DNA of 64,000 bases from Antedon mediterranea (Eukaryota; Animalia; Echinodermata), in contig NC_092679.1 in NCBI RefSeq assembly GCF_964355755.1, positions 2,758,201 to 2,822,200 on the forward strand, in the 5' to 3' direction. Each line of letters starts with the position of its first letter. The stretch's first letter is position 1. Positions 52,101-64,000 of this stretch are shown here, piece by piece. A model generated the notes under the pieces. The model saw only the letters and a program-made list of their open reading frames with translations, was not told where the DNA came from and did no database searches. Position numbers and translations under genes: made by a program.

Positions 52101-55100
52101 GACTATGGAGCGGCTATTCCTGAATATACAATACTAAGTATCGTAGATTTAAATTATAAATTTTAGGCGATCTTGTCAAAGGTCAAGCGCCATATAGCCT
52201 GCCACGTTTCGATATTCAATATTGAACTTGACCCTTTTCTCTCTTTTGACGGTATCTAAAAGAAGTTTCAGATGTTGTCTCACTTTAAAGATGTATTGTC
52301 CCCCTGGACAAATATTTGTTTACATCTTTTTGTTGAATATGCCATTTTAATGTCATATAATAGTTATTCACTTTAACCGAAAATTGGATGGAAAAAAGAA
52401 TTATTTAACTAAAAAAACTGTAATTTAAAGCAAAAAATAGTCTAATTGGCTGCCAGCCAATGAGTTTTTGGTTGAAGTTAACCGTTTATTTTGTCATTTT
52501 ATAAGTGAAAACAATATATTTCAAAGTTTTTTTCTACAGAAGTGATTCAATTTGGAATTACAAAACAACCTATTCAATGTCTGATTTTATTAATCTCCAT
52601 TTTTCATGTTTTTGGGGGATAATACATCAAGTCCCTATGCATCTGTTTGTAATAATCAATCTTCTCCTTTTGTATTACCAAGTAATTTTTCATTTTTTAT
52701 TTAGATTGAATTCTGTGTTCCAATGTGGCCTAAGCTACGTCAACTCCACATTTGTTTTAACAATATCACAACTATCAATAAGTAAGTTAACAACACTTCT
52801 CACAGTTTGTAAAGCTTGGTTCCCACTAGAACGTAACGCAAGGACATAAACGCAACGCAAGCGAGTTAAAGCTTGGTTCCCACTAGAACGTAACGCAAGG
52901 ACATAAACGCAACGCAAGCATTTTAACCAATGACAAGCAAAGTTATAGACAGTTAGCAATCACAAGCGAATAAGCGACCGCTTGTGATTGGTCAATTCAC
53001 TTGCGTTGCGTTACGTCCTTGCGTTGCGTCGCTAGTGGGAACCATGCTTTAAGAATAAATTGTATGTTTGAATATTGGTTGAAAATTTCTATTAAATGAT
53101 ACTACTGTATGCAGTTTAACTGATTTACTTTATCAGGATGCACTTTATATATATTTAGTTATCATTTTGTTGTCTTATATAAAATGCGTATAAATATTTA
53201 TTGTTTTTCAGATTTGACATTGAATTATTACAAAATTTGGAATTATTAAACCTTGAAGGAAACAAGATTTCAGATTGGAATGATGTCCTACATTTTGCAA
53301 AATTACCAAGGTAATCTCTGAATAAAATCCATCATCAAGGTGCTTCTTCCATATGCCAATTTATATATATATATATATCCAATCTGCAGACAGTTTTGTT
53401 TCTATCTTATTATATCTTGTCAATGCAGTTCAGGTTTTGAAATGTACTGCAGAACTGGCACAATATATAGGCTGAGCCAGTTATATAGGACATACTATAT
53501 ACAGTATATTGATTTGATATTTGATATTTGATTTTCCAGGCTAGAAATGTTGATTTTGAACAAGAACATGTTGACACAAGTTGCTTTTAATGATGTTGGA
53601 CCTGACGGTAAAACAGAGTCATTTCCATCTCTCAAGTCAATATCACTTACTGATAATTTACTGTCAGATGTAAGTTATACTGTAAAACCAGAAACTTTCG
53701 CGAGCATTAATCTTTCGCGAACGTCAGTCAATCAAAATACAGTACTAAGTAGCTTCAGGTTGTATTAGGGTCTTTATAACACAAATGTCGCACATATGCG
53801 ATCTTGTTACAATATTTACTTGTACTTTATTTTTCAAATTTCAAGTTTTATGTTGCAAAAATGACTGATGTAACTGATTCGCGAAAGTTCACGTCGCGAA
53901 AGTTTCTGGTTTTACATTATACAATGTGTTGCCATTCTGGCACCGGTATACTTTGATACTACAGGTTTATAAACTAACTTGACAATCGCTGAGTAATTAA
54001 TTATCATGTTTGCTCGTATGTGATATTTTAAAAATTTTAGTGGCAGTCCATAAATGAACTTGAAAAGCTCAAGAGCTTGGAAGACACTCGGACAAAGAAA
54101 AATCCATTTTGCCAACAAGAAAAGTTATTAGACACCAGGCAGATAATAATTGGCAAGATTGGCAACTTGAAAAGATGCAACAATGCATTGGTAAGTAATA
54201 GTCTTTGGATTTGGAATATGTGTGGCAACATTTCTAAGGTACTGTAGGAAGATGTAGTGGAGTTGTGGCTTGGTGGTTATGATGCTTGGCTACCAATCTG
54301 CGTCCTGGGTTCAAGTCCTGTCATATGTCATGATTTTTTTCTGATGACAAATTACAACTCCACTCCCAAAGATTTTGTTAATGTAGAGCAAATAAGTAGG
54401 TCTTTTAAATATCATTATTTTTTATTATGATGGTTATGATGCTTGGCTACCAATCTGAGTCCTGGGTTCAAGTCCTGTCATATGTCATGATTTTTTCTGA
54501 TGACAAATTACAACTCCACTCCCAAAGACTTTGTTTATGTAGAGCATTTTGTGTATATGTTTGTCTTGTGAACAGGATTGCCACCTTAAAGGATGGTGAA
54601 TGAATTTGCTTGTCATTGGCAATTTACCTAAATACATAAAAACAAAACAAAAAACAAAATAGAGGATTAATGTATTTGTTGATACTGTTACGATCACTTT
54701 TGGCCTAAGCCAAAATACCTAAATAACAACGAGGTTTGGAACAAACAATAGCCAACACTCCATTTAATTTCCTTTCACAATGCATAAATACATAACAACA
54801 CAACTATAGAGTTACAAAAATGAGTATGATACCGAGTGGTTGGTTTGCCTAGGCATCCGTACATTCAATCACAACTTTTCCATTTATGTTGTCCTTGCGT
54901 CCTGCCTCGCTTCCAGTCTCGAACACAGTTCGCTGCAAGTCTTTATTCCATTATTACACAGTCGCCAGTGCCATATCCACTGTCTTATTTCTTATCCAGA
55001 AAGCCTACCATCTCCGACATGTACAGTCTTATGAGTGAGTCCTTCCCTTGTCTCACACACCCAACACAGCTTTCCAAAATACTGCGCATCATCACACTCC

Positions 55101-56858
55101 ATTCTGATTCGTCCACTTGACCACCGGTGACTTGATTCATTTGCATGCGACACCTGATTATTGTCACACGTAACAATACACAAAAGACCTTGATCAATAT
55201 CTTCCCTTTAAAAAAAATATCTAAGCAAAATTAACCTCTCCATGTAATGAAAGAAGTGTTATATCAAATTTTCTTTTTGATTTCCTAGGTGTCCGGTATG
55301 GAAAGACGAGGTGCAGAGCTGGATTACCTGAAGACATTTGGCAAGGAATGGCGAGCAAGTGGAGGTGACCAAGATCCGGAAAAGAACAATCCATCGGAGG
55401 AATTTCTTAAAAAACATCCACGGTACAAACATCTTATAAAGGGTAAGTCCATACAAGTACAGAGTTATTGTTGTTGCGATTAATCCTCTTGTCCTATAGT
55501 ACCTTCTATGCTTTAACATGTTATTATTTTAAATCTCTGTCAAACTTTATGTGCCAAAAAATGTGCTGTTCCCATATATGGACATGTTTATATCATAGCA
55601 AAACCATATTTAAGCATATCACTACCATATTTGGGCACATCACACTTTTTCATACTGTAGTGTAGACAGAGCTTAAGAGTTGCCTCTCTTTGTTTGCAGT
55701 GTATGGAGCTCCAGAAGATTACGAATTAATAACAAAAGTAACCACGTTAAAAAGCGGCTTGATTCAAGTTAACATAACGTGTGAACAAGGCAATAATACA
55801 AAGACAATACAAAAGAAACTACCAGGTATTTTTGGTTTCATTTTATTTTTCATACGGCCATAAAGTAATCACTATGATATAGATATCCAAACTTATATAA
55901 ACATTCACTCTCTCATAAAAACAATGCTTTTCACGTTTTAAATACTCTACTGTAATGTATATTCTTTAAAATGCATTAAAGAAACTAGACGTTGTCAGGC
56001 AGCCCAACATGGTCTGCTTTTAGAAGAGTTGATATTAACTAATTCTCAAAACCACTGAGGCTTAATTAATGAGTGTAATATTTTGAACATTAACTTAAGC
56101 TCTGTCTACACTATCAAACTTTATAGGATAATAAAATGTGATGATGATGTCATATCAGTACCATATTTGGGCACATCTCACTTTTGTTTTTGATCAAACT
56201 AATTTGATAGTGTAGACAAGAGCTTTAGAGAGGATTTGAACCCAGGTCCATTAATTGAAAGCTGCACCTTAGATAACTTTACCACTTATTTTTTTATATT
56301 AACCAAACTTCATAAAGCGTCTTTTGTTGGTTTTGTATAGGAACCATGAATATACAGAAAGTAAAAAGCCTTATACACAAGCTAATGAAAGTTGACATCG
56401 CATCTCAGAAGCTGACGTACACCAGTACAAAGGTAGTTATGGTTGCTTAGATTTTGTAGCATTTTACGTTATAGTATATGAGCAAATAGGTGGGCCTGGA
56501 TAAGAAATTTGGGGAAAATAAGTGGGTGGGATTACGCAGAATCAGTTTGGGCTTTAGCCTATTCTCACCTTTGTTTATTATTCATTGGTGACCAAATAAA
56601 TATTATTGTTGTTATACGTACTCTTTTCTCTTTAAATTTAGCCTAAAGTAGGTGGTGACATGGTATGCTACCTAGTCATATTATGTAATCTAAAATGTTA
56701 TACACTGTACATTTATAACATACTAAAAAAATGATTACAAATTGACCTTATCTTTATGTTTTTAGTTGACAGATCAAGAATTTGAACTGAACAATGACAT
56801 GCGCCCTCTATCTTTCTTTGGTATCGAAAATGGTGATACAATACAAGTGAAATGGTAA
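49160..56858 (+). CDS. TBCE: Tubulin-specific chaperone E (CAP-Gly, LRR, ubiquitin-like)
   Basis: CAP-Gly ([32 protein letters not shown]), leucine-rich repeats ([23 protein letters not shown]), [15 protein letters not shown]-terminal UBL ending [11 protein letters not shown]. About 13 exons. An in-frame upstream ATG exists at 49094. Confidence 0.94.
49366..49927. mobile_element. Non-autonomous DNA transposon with long imperfect TIRs in TBCE intron 1; partial copy at 48259-48390 in TRMT112
   Basis: cacagtgcat..cggccgccggttatggaacgcctaaaaacatgaaacgcc is shared by both loci, with an inverted counterpart at about 49770-49925. Confidence 0.75.
52810..53050. mobile_element. MITE family 1 copy with tandemly duplicated left end
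   Basis: aaagcttggttcccactagaacgtaacgcaaggacataaacgcaacgcaagc occurs twice. Confidence 0.88.
54256..54546 (+). mobile_element. tRNA-derived SINE-like sequence, partly duplicated in tandem
   Basis: gtggcttggtggtta (A box) and gggttcaagtcc (B box). The body is repeated at 54430-54546. No intact cloverleaf. Confidence 0.6.
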
Positions 56859-57864
56859 CAGAGAAATATGGTATTCGCTATATTGTGCAATTATTAAAAA
56901 AAATTATAAAAATCTTATAGATTAATTGTCTTATAAATGGATTATGATTTGTTTACTTCTATTTTTATGGTTTATTTTTTGATAAACAATATATTTATAT
57001 ATTTTGATGTATGTAATCATTAGTTATATGCAATGAAATGAGCTGTAAAAATCATAGACATTTTTAAATTGTAGAATGCATAGCGGTGCTGCATTCGTAG
57101 AAATTTGGCAACCATACCTGAAAAAAGTATAAAAAAATAATACTGTAGTAATAGCTTTGTTGATATAAGGTTTGCTGTATACCATGTGTATTTAGTTCTG
57201 AAAAGAACTGTTGAGTTTCTCAACATTTCAATCAATATATTTTAATCATCCTCAGGAGTGAGCTAATAGCTTTTGCGTCATGGAGCTAAGTAATTGTAAA
57301 ATTTGCTCTAAATTGAAAGTAATTTTGACAAACCCACGACCTCCAGATCACTAGTCTGCCTTTATACATTAAGTTCTGTCTACAATATCAAACTAGTTTG
57401 ACAAAAAATGTGTGATGTGCCCAAATATGGTAGTGATATGCCCAAAAATGGTAGTGATATGACAAGGTTTGATAGTGTAGACAAGGCTTTACACCATCTA
57501 ACTTGAACCAGATAGGGTTAGATTTGAGGCCAGAGTAAGTACAATTTAAGTCCGAGTAGGGCAAGACGTCTGACCAATCATTGTATTCTTATGCCTACAA
57601 TAAAGCACCAACTTAGTTGTCAAATTTAAGCCTGGTAGAAATGTGATCATGATACTGTTTTATAGCGGCATGTCACAGTGAACTTCAATGTTACAGTACA
57701 CCACCATTCTTCTCCACCAAGGGCCACGCCATGTCACCGGCTGCCAACTACGGCGTAATTACATGTTTAAAATAAGCTGTTTTTTTTAATGTGGTGATCT
57801 ATTCTCATTGAAATTATTCTTCTGATGCCTTTCTATTCTCTTTGTCTGTTCTTCAACCATTATC

Positions 57865-59112
57865 TCATCTCTTTGATACTTTGTCCATTATTTGAATCGG
57901 CTGGAGGATTTTGGCCATATTGGTCTCTAAAATGTACCCATTGACGATCATTTCGTCTAAGATGATGTGTATCTTCTCTAAATTATATAAAATCTGATAA
58001 AGAGTGCGTTAAGAATTAAGTAAAGAAATGATTGGCGTTTGAACAATATGTGAATGTATTTTAACAACACTGAAAAAATAGATTTAAAAGAAAATGAATT
58101 TATGTTTTATCATTTTTGTATGAAATGTTATTAAATATTAATTTAATAAGTTCAAAAAGGATACATCCATCTCATTCTGAAAATAAACAAAACATTTATT
58201 ATCAATTCTAAAGTCAGTAAAAGAAATATCTTTTAGTATCATTCATTATATATTTATTGTCTCTTTTTATGTTAATCCACCAATAGGCATTTCAATTTTT
58301 AGCTCAAGCAGTATACATATGAAACGCCATATGTGCCAAAATATTTATCTTTTTACTAATAGTATATTGGGTCAAAACTTGGTCTAGAACCTATTAAATT
58401 ATAAAGACTTCTAAACATGTAAATAAAAAGTGTATGTACATTACACGTCATTTTGATAAAAGAACAAGCAATTTGATTAACTTACAACACCCTCAAAGTA
58501 CTTGTTTAAAGTCTCTATAAACAACTGGATAAATTCTAGGCTTGCGACTTCATTCTAAAATAAGAAATATTAATAAAACTGTTTAAATCAGTCCTATACA
58601 GATTTAAAAGCATATTAACTGGGATTATGATAATATTTTAAAATGAATTTTACCTCCTCTTCATCAACAGCTAAGATGACAAACAAAGAGCTGTAACGTC
58701 TGTACACTATTTTATAATCTTGATAGTTAAAAAACAAACACTATATAAAAGAAAAAAAAGGCACTAAATATAACATACCTTCATAAATTTTCGCAAAAGA
58801 GAGAACATTCTAAAAATAAAATGGATTTGAGTTAAAATAACTATAGCGAGGCATTTAATGAATAAGCAAACTGCCTTAAATTGTGACATATTTCAAGAAA
58901 CTATTTTCATCATCAGAAGAACAACTTTAAAATCTCCACACAAAAAAATCTTTGAAACTCATAATATAACAAACCTGGTCTTTGGTCCGTGTTAGGATGT
59001 TTCGGTGGACATCGGATTCAAGCGCTGTTCTGGATTTTAGTGGAACATTTTCGTAATACCGACTGAGACGGGTTCGTCCTTGTTTTCCGATTATGTAGAA
59101 ATATTTGATCAT
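57865..59112 (-). CDS. AP4S1: AP-4 complex subunit sigma-1
   Basis: Exons 59112-58975 ([20 protein letters not shown]), ~58740-58654 ([12 protein letters not shown]), ~58553-58485 ([16 protein letters not shown]), 58176-58165 (NEMD), 57993-57865 ([25 protein letters not shown]). The N-terminal pattern fits sigma-4 best. Confidence 0.88.
57994..58164 (-). other. U12-type (minor spliceosome) GT-AG intron in AP4S1
   Basis: 5' splice site GTATCCTTT; branch site TTCTTAAC about 14 nt before the AG. Confidence 0.88.
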
Positions 59113-60269
59113 GTTTTGTTTTTGGAATAGTATTTCCTTTACATCTCGATGGATATAACCTGTTTTTAAAAATAATTACAACACAAATTAAAAGTACATG
59201 TACATTTACCTAGGACTACTAATACTATATTTATGGTAGAGTACTGAACTGTAATCTACTTCGGGTCATGTTGTACTGTTGTATTTTTATAATATCTATA
59301 TTTATTCTGACCAGAAATAATGTGTATTAAAATTTACAATAATTAATGATTTTTATTATTAAACAAATTCAATCCTAGCTACAGTCTTGATATTTGTATC
59401 AGTTATTTTGATTAATAATAACTACTTATATTGTAATATGCAACATGGCTACTATATAATATAAACAATAATGTCAAATACATTTTTTTTCTTACCATTT
59501 GTGCATTTGTTTTGTTTTTTTTTTATTTTGGAAATTTGCATACCGCCCCCACACATTCATTATATCGCATCTGGCTGAATGCTGCTATTAAGTATGAATA
59601 CTGCTGTTGGATCCGTTACAAGGTCGAGTCGATGAATGACATGCCTAAGTTGTTTAAAAAAAGCTGATGACGTGTGAACGGATTATCTATCATAAAAAAA
59701 ATCAAAATTTAATTGTAATTTAAATGAAGTTTTAACAAGTAAATCTATAAAGGATTTTCAAAGTAGGTATACATTAAATTATTACTTATAACTAGGCCTA
59801 GGCCTATTTCGTATATGATACTCATAGGGCCTAGCCTAGGCCTATAGTTATACACATGTAGTAGAATATTTCCACAGCGGCTGAGCCTGTTTTTTTGGGA
59901 CGGGCGATGTCGCCAGCAGGACGCACGCCGAGACCACTCCGTTTGTGTATCCAGGAAAAAGAAAGAAGCCCACCGTCGGCCTAACGTATGGCTGGTGGAT
60001 TAGTAGAACATTTCTGCCGAGCATTTGTGTAAATTGTATAATATAACTAGGCCTACTAGTACTACTATACTAATCTAATATTACTAATAATAAAAAAGTC
60101 AAAATGTTTTTGTTTTTTTTTTAATCTAGGCTAGGCCTAGAGTTGATTTAATAATATTAATAAAAATCTTAATTAATCATTTCGTATAGGCTAGGCTAGG
60201 CCTAGCCTAATTAATATTCAAATTTTTTTTTTTCTAGTTCAGGAACTGGTTGAAGTTGAGGGATGACCA

Positions 60270-63200
60270 ATGACCACTAGACGCCGACATACGCCCACTG
60301 AAGACAGATCAAACGGGCACGGAGGCTGGATTGTCTCCAATTTTAATCCAACAAATAACCAACAACTTAATATAGGCCTAGGCATGACATGTCAAGATAG
60401 AACACCTGAGTTTAAGTCTGCTGTTAAATATATTCAATCCAGAACAGTAAGTTCAAAAGGGGTGTCTAGAAAACTCAGATATTAAATATAATCTGAGTTT
60501 TCTAGATCTAGAAAACTCAGATATCTGTCTTTTCTAGATCTAGAAAACTCAGACATCAATATCTGACTTTTCTAGTTCCAAAATGGAACTAGAAAACTCA
60601 GATCATCATTTGATTGGTTGGTAGGTCATTTGGATCGTTCCATTATTAATCAGCAGGTAGGTCATTTGAAATATTAGAGTATTATTAAAACTGATTACTG
60701 TGTACGTTTTCTTACTAATATTGTAACATGTAAAAGCGGCCTACGGCTTAAACCACAAAGAAAATACAGTGAATGTTACCGTTAAAATGTAGGCTTAAAA
60801 ATGTACAAGTTGGTGTGGGTACGAGTTGGTTGAGGTATGAGTTAGCCAAGTTGGGAATATGTACGAGTTATTTTGGGTACGAGTTATTTTGGGTACGAGT
60901 TGACCACTTCTAGTCTAGTACTGTAGGACCAGGCCTACTCTTCGCGATAGCGCCCACACGTTGAGCCTTGAATTGAGTTTGCTTAGCTAGGCCTAAAAGG
61001 TAAGCCTACATTTTAAAGGTGTATAATGTATTTTCTTTATGATTTAAGTCGTAGGCTGCTACTACTACAAGTTACAATAATTGTTATTATTAGTAAGAAA
61101 ACGTATAATACTGTGTAGTATTTCAAATATGCTACCCTCTAATAATAATGGAACGATCCATTTGATGATCTGGGTTTTTTGGAACTAGAAAACTTAGATT
61201 TGATATCTGAGTTTTCTAGATCTAGAAAAGTCAGATATCTGAGTTTTCTAGATCTAGAAAACTCAGATATATCTGAGTTTTCTAGACACCCGTTCAAAAG
61301 GAATAGAAAAATATTAATCATCCATTTTATTCCATTTAAAGATGTATTGTCCGCCAAAAACATGAAAAATAAAGATTAATTAAATCCGACTTTGAATATG
61401 TTATGTTGTAGTTTTAATAAAGTCATGGAGATATTATATATCTTTCGTAGAAAAAAAAAGAGGAAAAATGATGTTTTTACTTACATAAAATGACAAAATA
61501 AATGGTTAAATTCAGCCAAAAACCCATTGGTTGCCAACCAATTTGACTATTTTTGCTTTCAATTACAGTTTTTTCAGGTAAATACATTTTTTTTTTATCC
61601 AATTTTTGGTCAAAGTGGATAACTATTATGTTACATTAAAATGGCATATTCAACAAAAATTTTGTTTAGAATTATTTTTTCAGGGGGGCAATTCATATTT
61701 AAAAAGATTTCTTTTCATTATCTTTAATTGTATTAATTATTAGTTATGTTTGTTAACATTTGTAATAATTTGGCCACATTTTTGTAATTAATAATATTAA
61801 TAGTAAAAACATTAATTTTATAGATATTGTAATAAATATACAATATATAATTTTTTCGGAATACTTTTCACATTTTTTAGGGAAATGGAGTTGCAGCACA
61901 CAATCACAAAGCCTCAAGGCAGGCACAACACAGTGATTTCATGCAAATGGCAAAGTAAGTTCTGTTAGATAGAATTATAGTAGTTGTTTGTATACACTAT
62001 TTTACCTTTATTTTTTTTTTCCATTTTGAATAATGAGTTGAGTAGGTATTTTGCGTCAAAGATGGCTATTTAACTGTTATATTTCAACTCTTTCTTCAAA
62101 TTTCCATACTTAAATTTTATTTATCTTTCAGACGTATTGGTAGTGACATTAATCAAACTTTTACAAAATTGGAAAAGTTAACAATATGTAAGTATACAAG
62201 ATAATTGAGGGGATTAATAAGATGTGTCGTATGTTCATAAAAATCACCTTTGTTATTGTATCAAGTTTTGTGTAAAATAATAAGATAAAAATATTCACCA
62301 GCAGATAGACACATCATCATAGGCTACTGTCATTGATAGATGACTGTTTGAGAGAACTTGTTTGCTTCATTTGTCCATCAAACTCAATATTACAGTACTG
62401 TATTTGTTAGAAATATGGCCTTTTAAAGTTATATTGTTTACTTTTATTATATTTACCTTTATTTCTGAATAAGTAGAAGTAATAAGTTTTATATAATCAA
62501 TTTTTATATATTTGACAACCATTTCTTTCTTGTAGTGGCAAAGAAGAAATCTTTATTTGACGATAAATCAGTAGAAATTCAAGAATTGACATATATAATA
62601 AAACAGGACATTAACAGTCTTAATAAACAAATTGCTAAGTTGCAAGAGGTAGGTATATTTTCAATGTTGAATAGATTGTGTTGAATAGCGCCCTCTATAT
62701 CTTATTCAGATTGAAACATTAAGCGTGGTTCCCACTAGCGACGCAACACAAGGACGTAACGCAATGCAAGTAAATTGACCAATCACAAGCGATGGCTGAT
62801 TCGCTTGTGATTGCTAACTGTCTATAACTTCGCTTGTCATTGGTTAAAACGCTTGCGTTGCGTTTACGTCCTTGCGTTACGTTCTAGTGGGAACCATGCT
62901 TTACAATGTGTGTACTTTGTTATATTTGCATTGAATGGTATAAAGCTGTATTGAGTTGTGTATTAATTCATCATACCCCGATTAAAAATCAAATTTGGTA
63001 CACATCTACTTCTAATAACAATAATATTTATTCGATCACCAATGAAAAATAACCAGGAGTGAGAATAGGCTAAAGCCCAAACAGATTCTACACTCACTCC
63101 ATACAATACAAACAGTTAAAATAAAACCATATCCAAGAAAAATACAAATAAACTATACATAACATGAAATAAAGTCTTGTCTACACTATCAAACTTTATG

Positions 63201-64000
63201 TGACAAAAAAATCTGATGTGCCCATATATGGACATGATGTTGTCATATCACTACCATATTTGGGGATATCACTACCATATTTGGGGTCATCACACTAGTT
63301 TAAATATTATGGTAACTTTCTAATTTTAGCTCCTTTGTTTTTTTAGTTTGTACGGCGAAATAGCTCGCAAAATGGCAAACAAATGCAAACACATTCCAAC
63401 ACAGTCGTTCTTGCATTACAATCAAAGTTGGCGACAATGTCCAACGATTTTAAATCAGTTCTTGAAGTACGGACACAGAATCTTAAAGATCAGAAAAATA
63501 GGCGAGAACAATTTTCGCAAGGGCCTCTGACATCGAGTTTACCACCATCGGCTTCCAGTGGAAATAGTAAGAATACATTTTGTTTTTAACATTTCAACTG
63601 ATAAAACACCATTTAAATGTGGTGAACACTCTGAAAACTACATACCCTTGTTTCATAGGCTTAAGATGCCATTCACACTTGGGCTGAGGTAAACACTTCT
63701 TTAAAAATTCTAAGTGAATACCACTTAAGGGAAATTTTTAATTATTTGGTGATGCAATGAAATATTTAGTATTGAATGGAAATATTTCGCTTATTTAAAT
63801 TATTGTTAATACAGCCATCCATTAGTTTTCTTGTGATTTAGATTTTCAGAGCATTTGAGGGAATCCAGTTTTGGAAGACTTCACTTTAGTGGTTTACAAT
63901 TTTAATTTGATATATAGAAAATGTAGATTTCTCCTTGATGGTTTTTTCTCTCTTAGTACGATCGGTACTGATAGATGATGAGACCGCCAGCAGTCGAGGT
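60270..64000 (+). CDS. STX5: Syntaxin-5 (5' part; gene continues beyond the window)
   Basis: MTCQDRTPEF, TFTKLEKLTILAKKKSLFDDKSVEIQELTYIIKQDI, HSNTVVLALQSKLATMSNDFKSVLEVRTQNLK. Exons approx. 60270-60446, 61881-61954, 62132-62187, 62536-62648, 63347-63566, 63957 onward. Confidence 0.95.
60459..61291. mobile_element. Foldback/MITE-like element in STX5 intron 1
   Basis: Termini gggtgtctagaaaactcagat / atctgagttttctagacaccc with internally repeated palindromic units. The subterminal inverted match extends to ggatcgttcc..attatta. Confidence 0.8.
62720..62902. mobile_element. MITE family 1 copy
   Basis: Same termini and core as 5228-5408, in reverse orientation. Confidence 0.88.

Noticed and set aside
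54256-54330. tRNA gene (also 19937-20010 on the minus strand)
   Set aside because: A and B boxes are present but there is no consistent cloverleaf. They are embedded in repeats and so are SINE-like.

Overview
AT-rich, intron-rich animal genomic DNA (invertebrate-like; the species cannot be fixed from sequence alone). The first ~33 kb hold a tandem array of four + strand paralogous genes (here A-D) for type I transmembrane mucin-like proteins. Each has a signal-peptide exon, a TTEPS-repeat stalk and a TM segment. A and D also carry Cys-rich VWC-like modules and a SEA domain (GSVIV). The cytoplasmic tails are built from phase-0 mini-exons, most carrying one tyrosine motif: A has 1 Tyr, B and C have 7, D has none. 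Gene C is a D-5'/B-3' chimera, and A and D both need a 4-nt microexon to stay in frame. The remaining ~30 kb are housekeeping genes: RBBP9(-), SNW1(-), ADCK1(+), TRMT112(-), TBCE(+), AP4S1(-) and STX5(+, runs off the end). The last six form three divergent pairs. Two GC-AG introns and one U12-type intron are visible. Two abundant MITE families, LINE fragments, tRNA-derived SINE-like pieces and minisatellites are scattered throughout. All exon structures were built by hand from splice signals, reading phase and paralog comparison.
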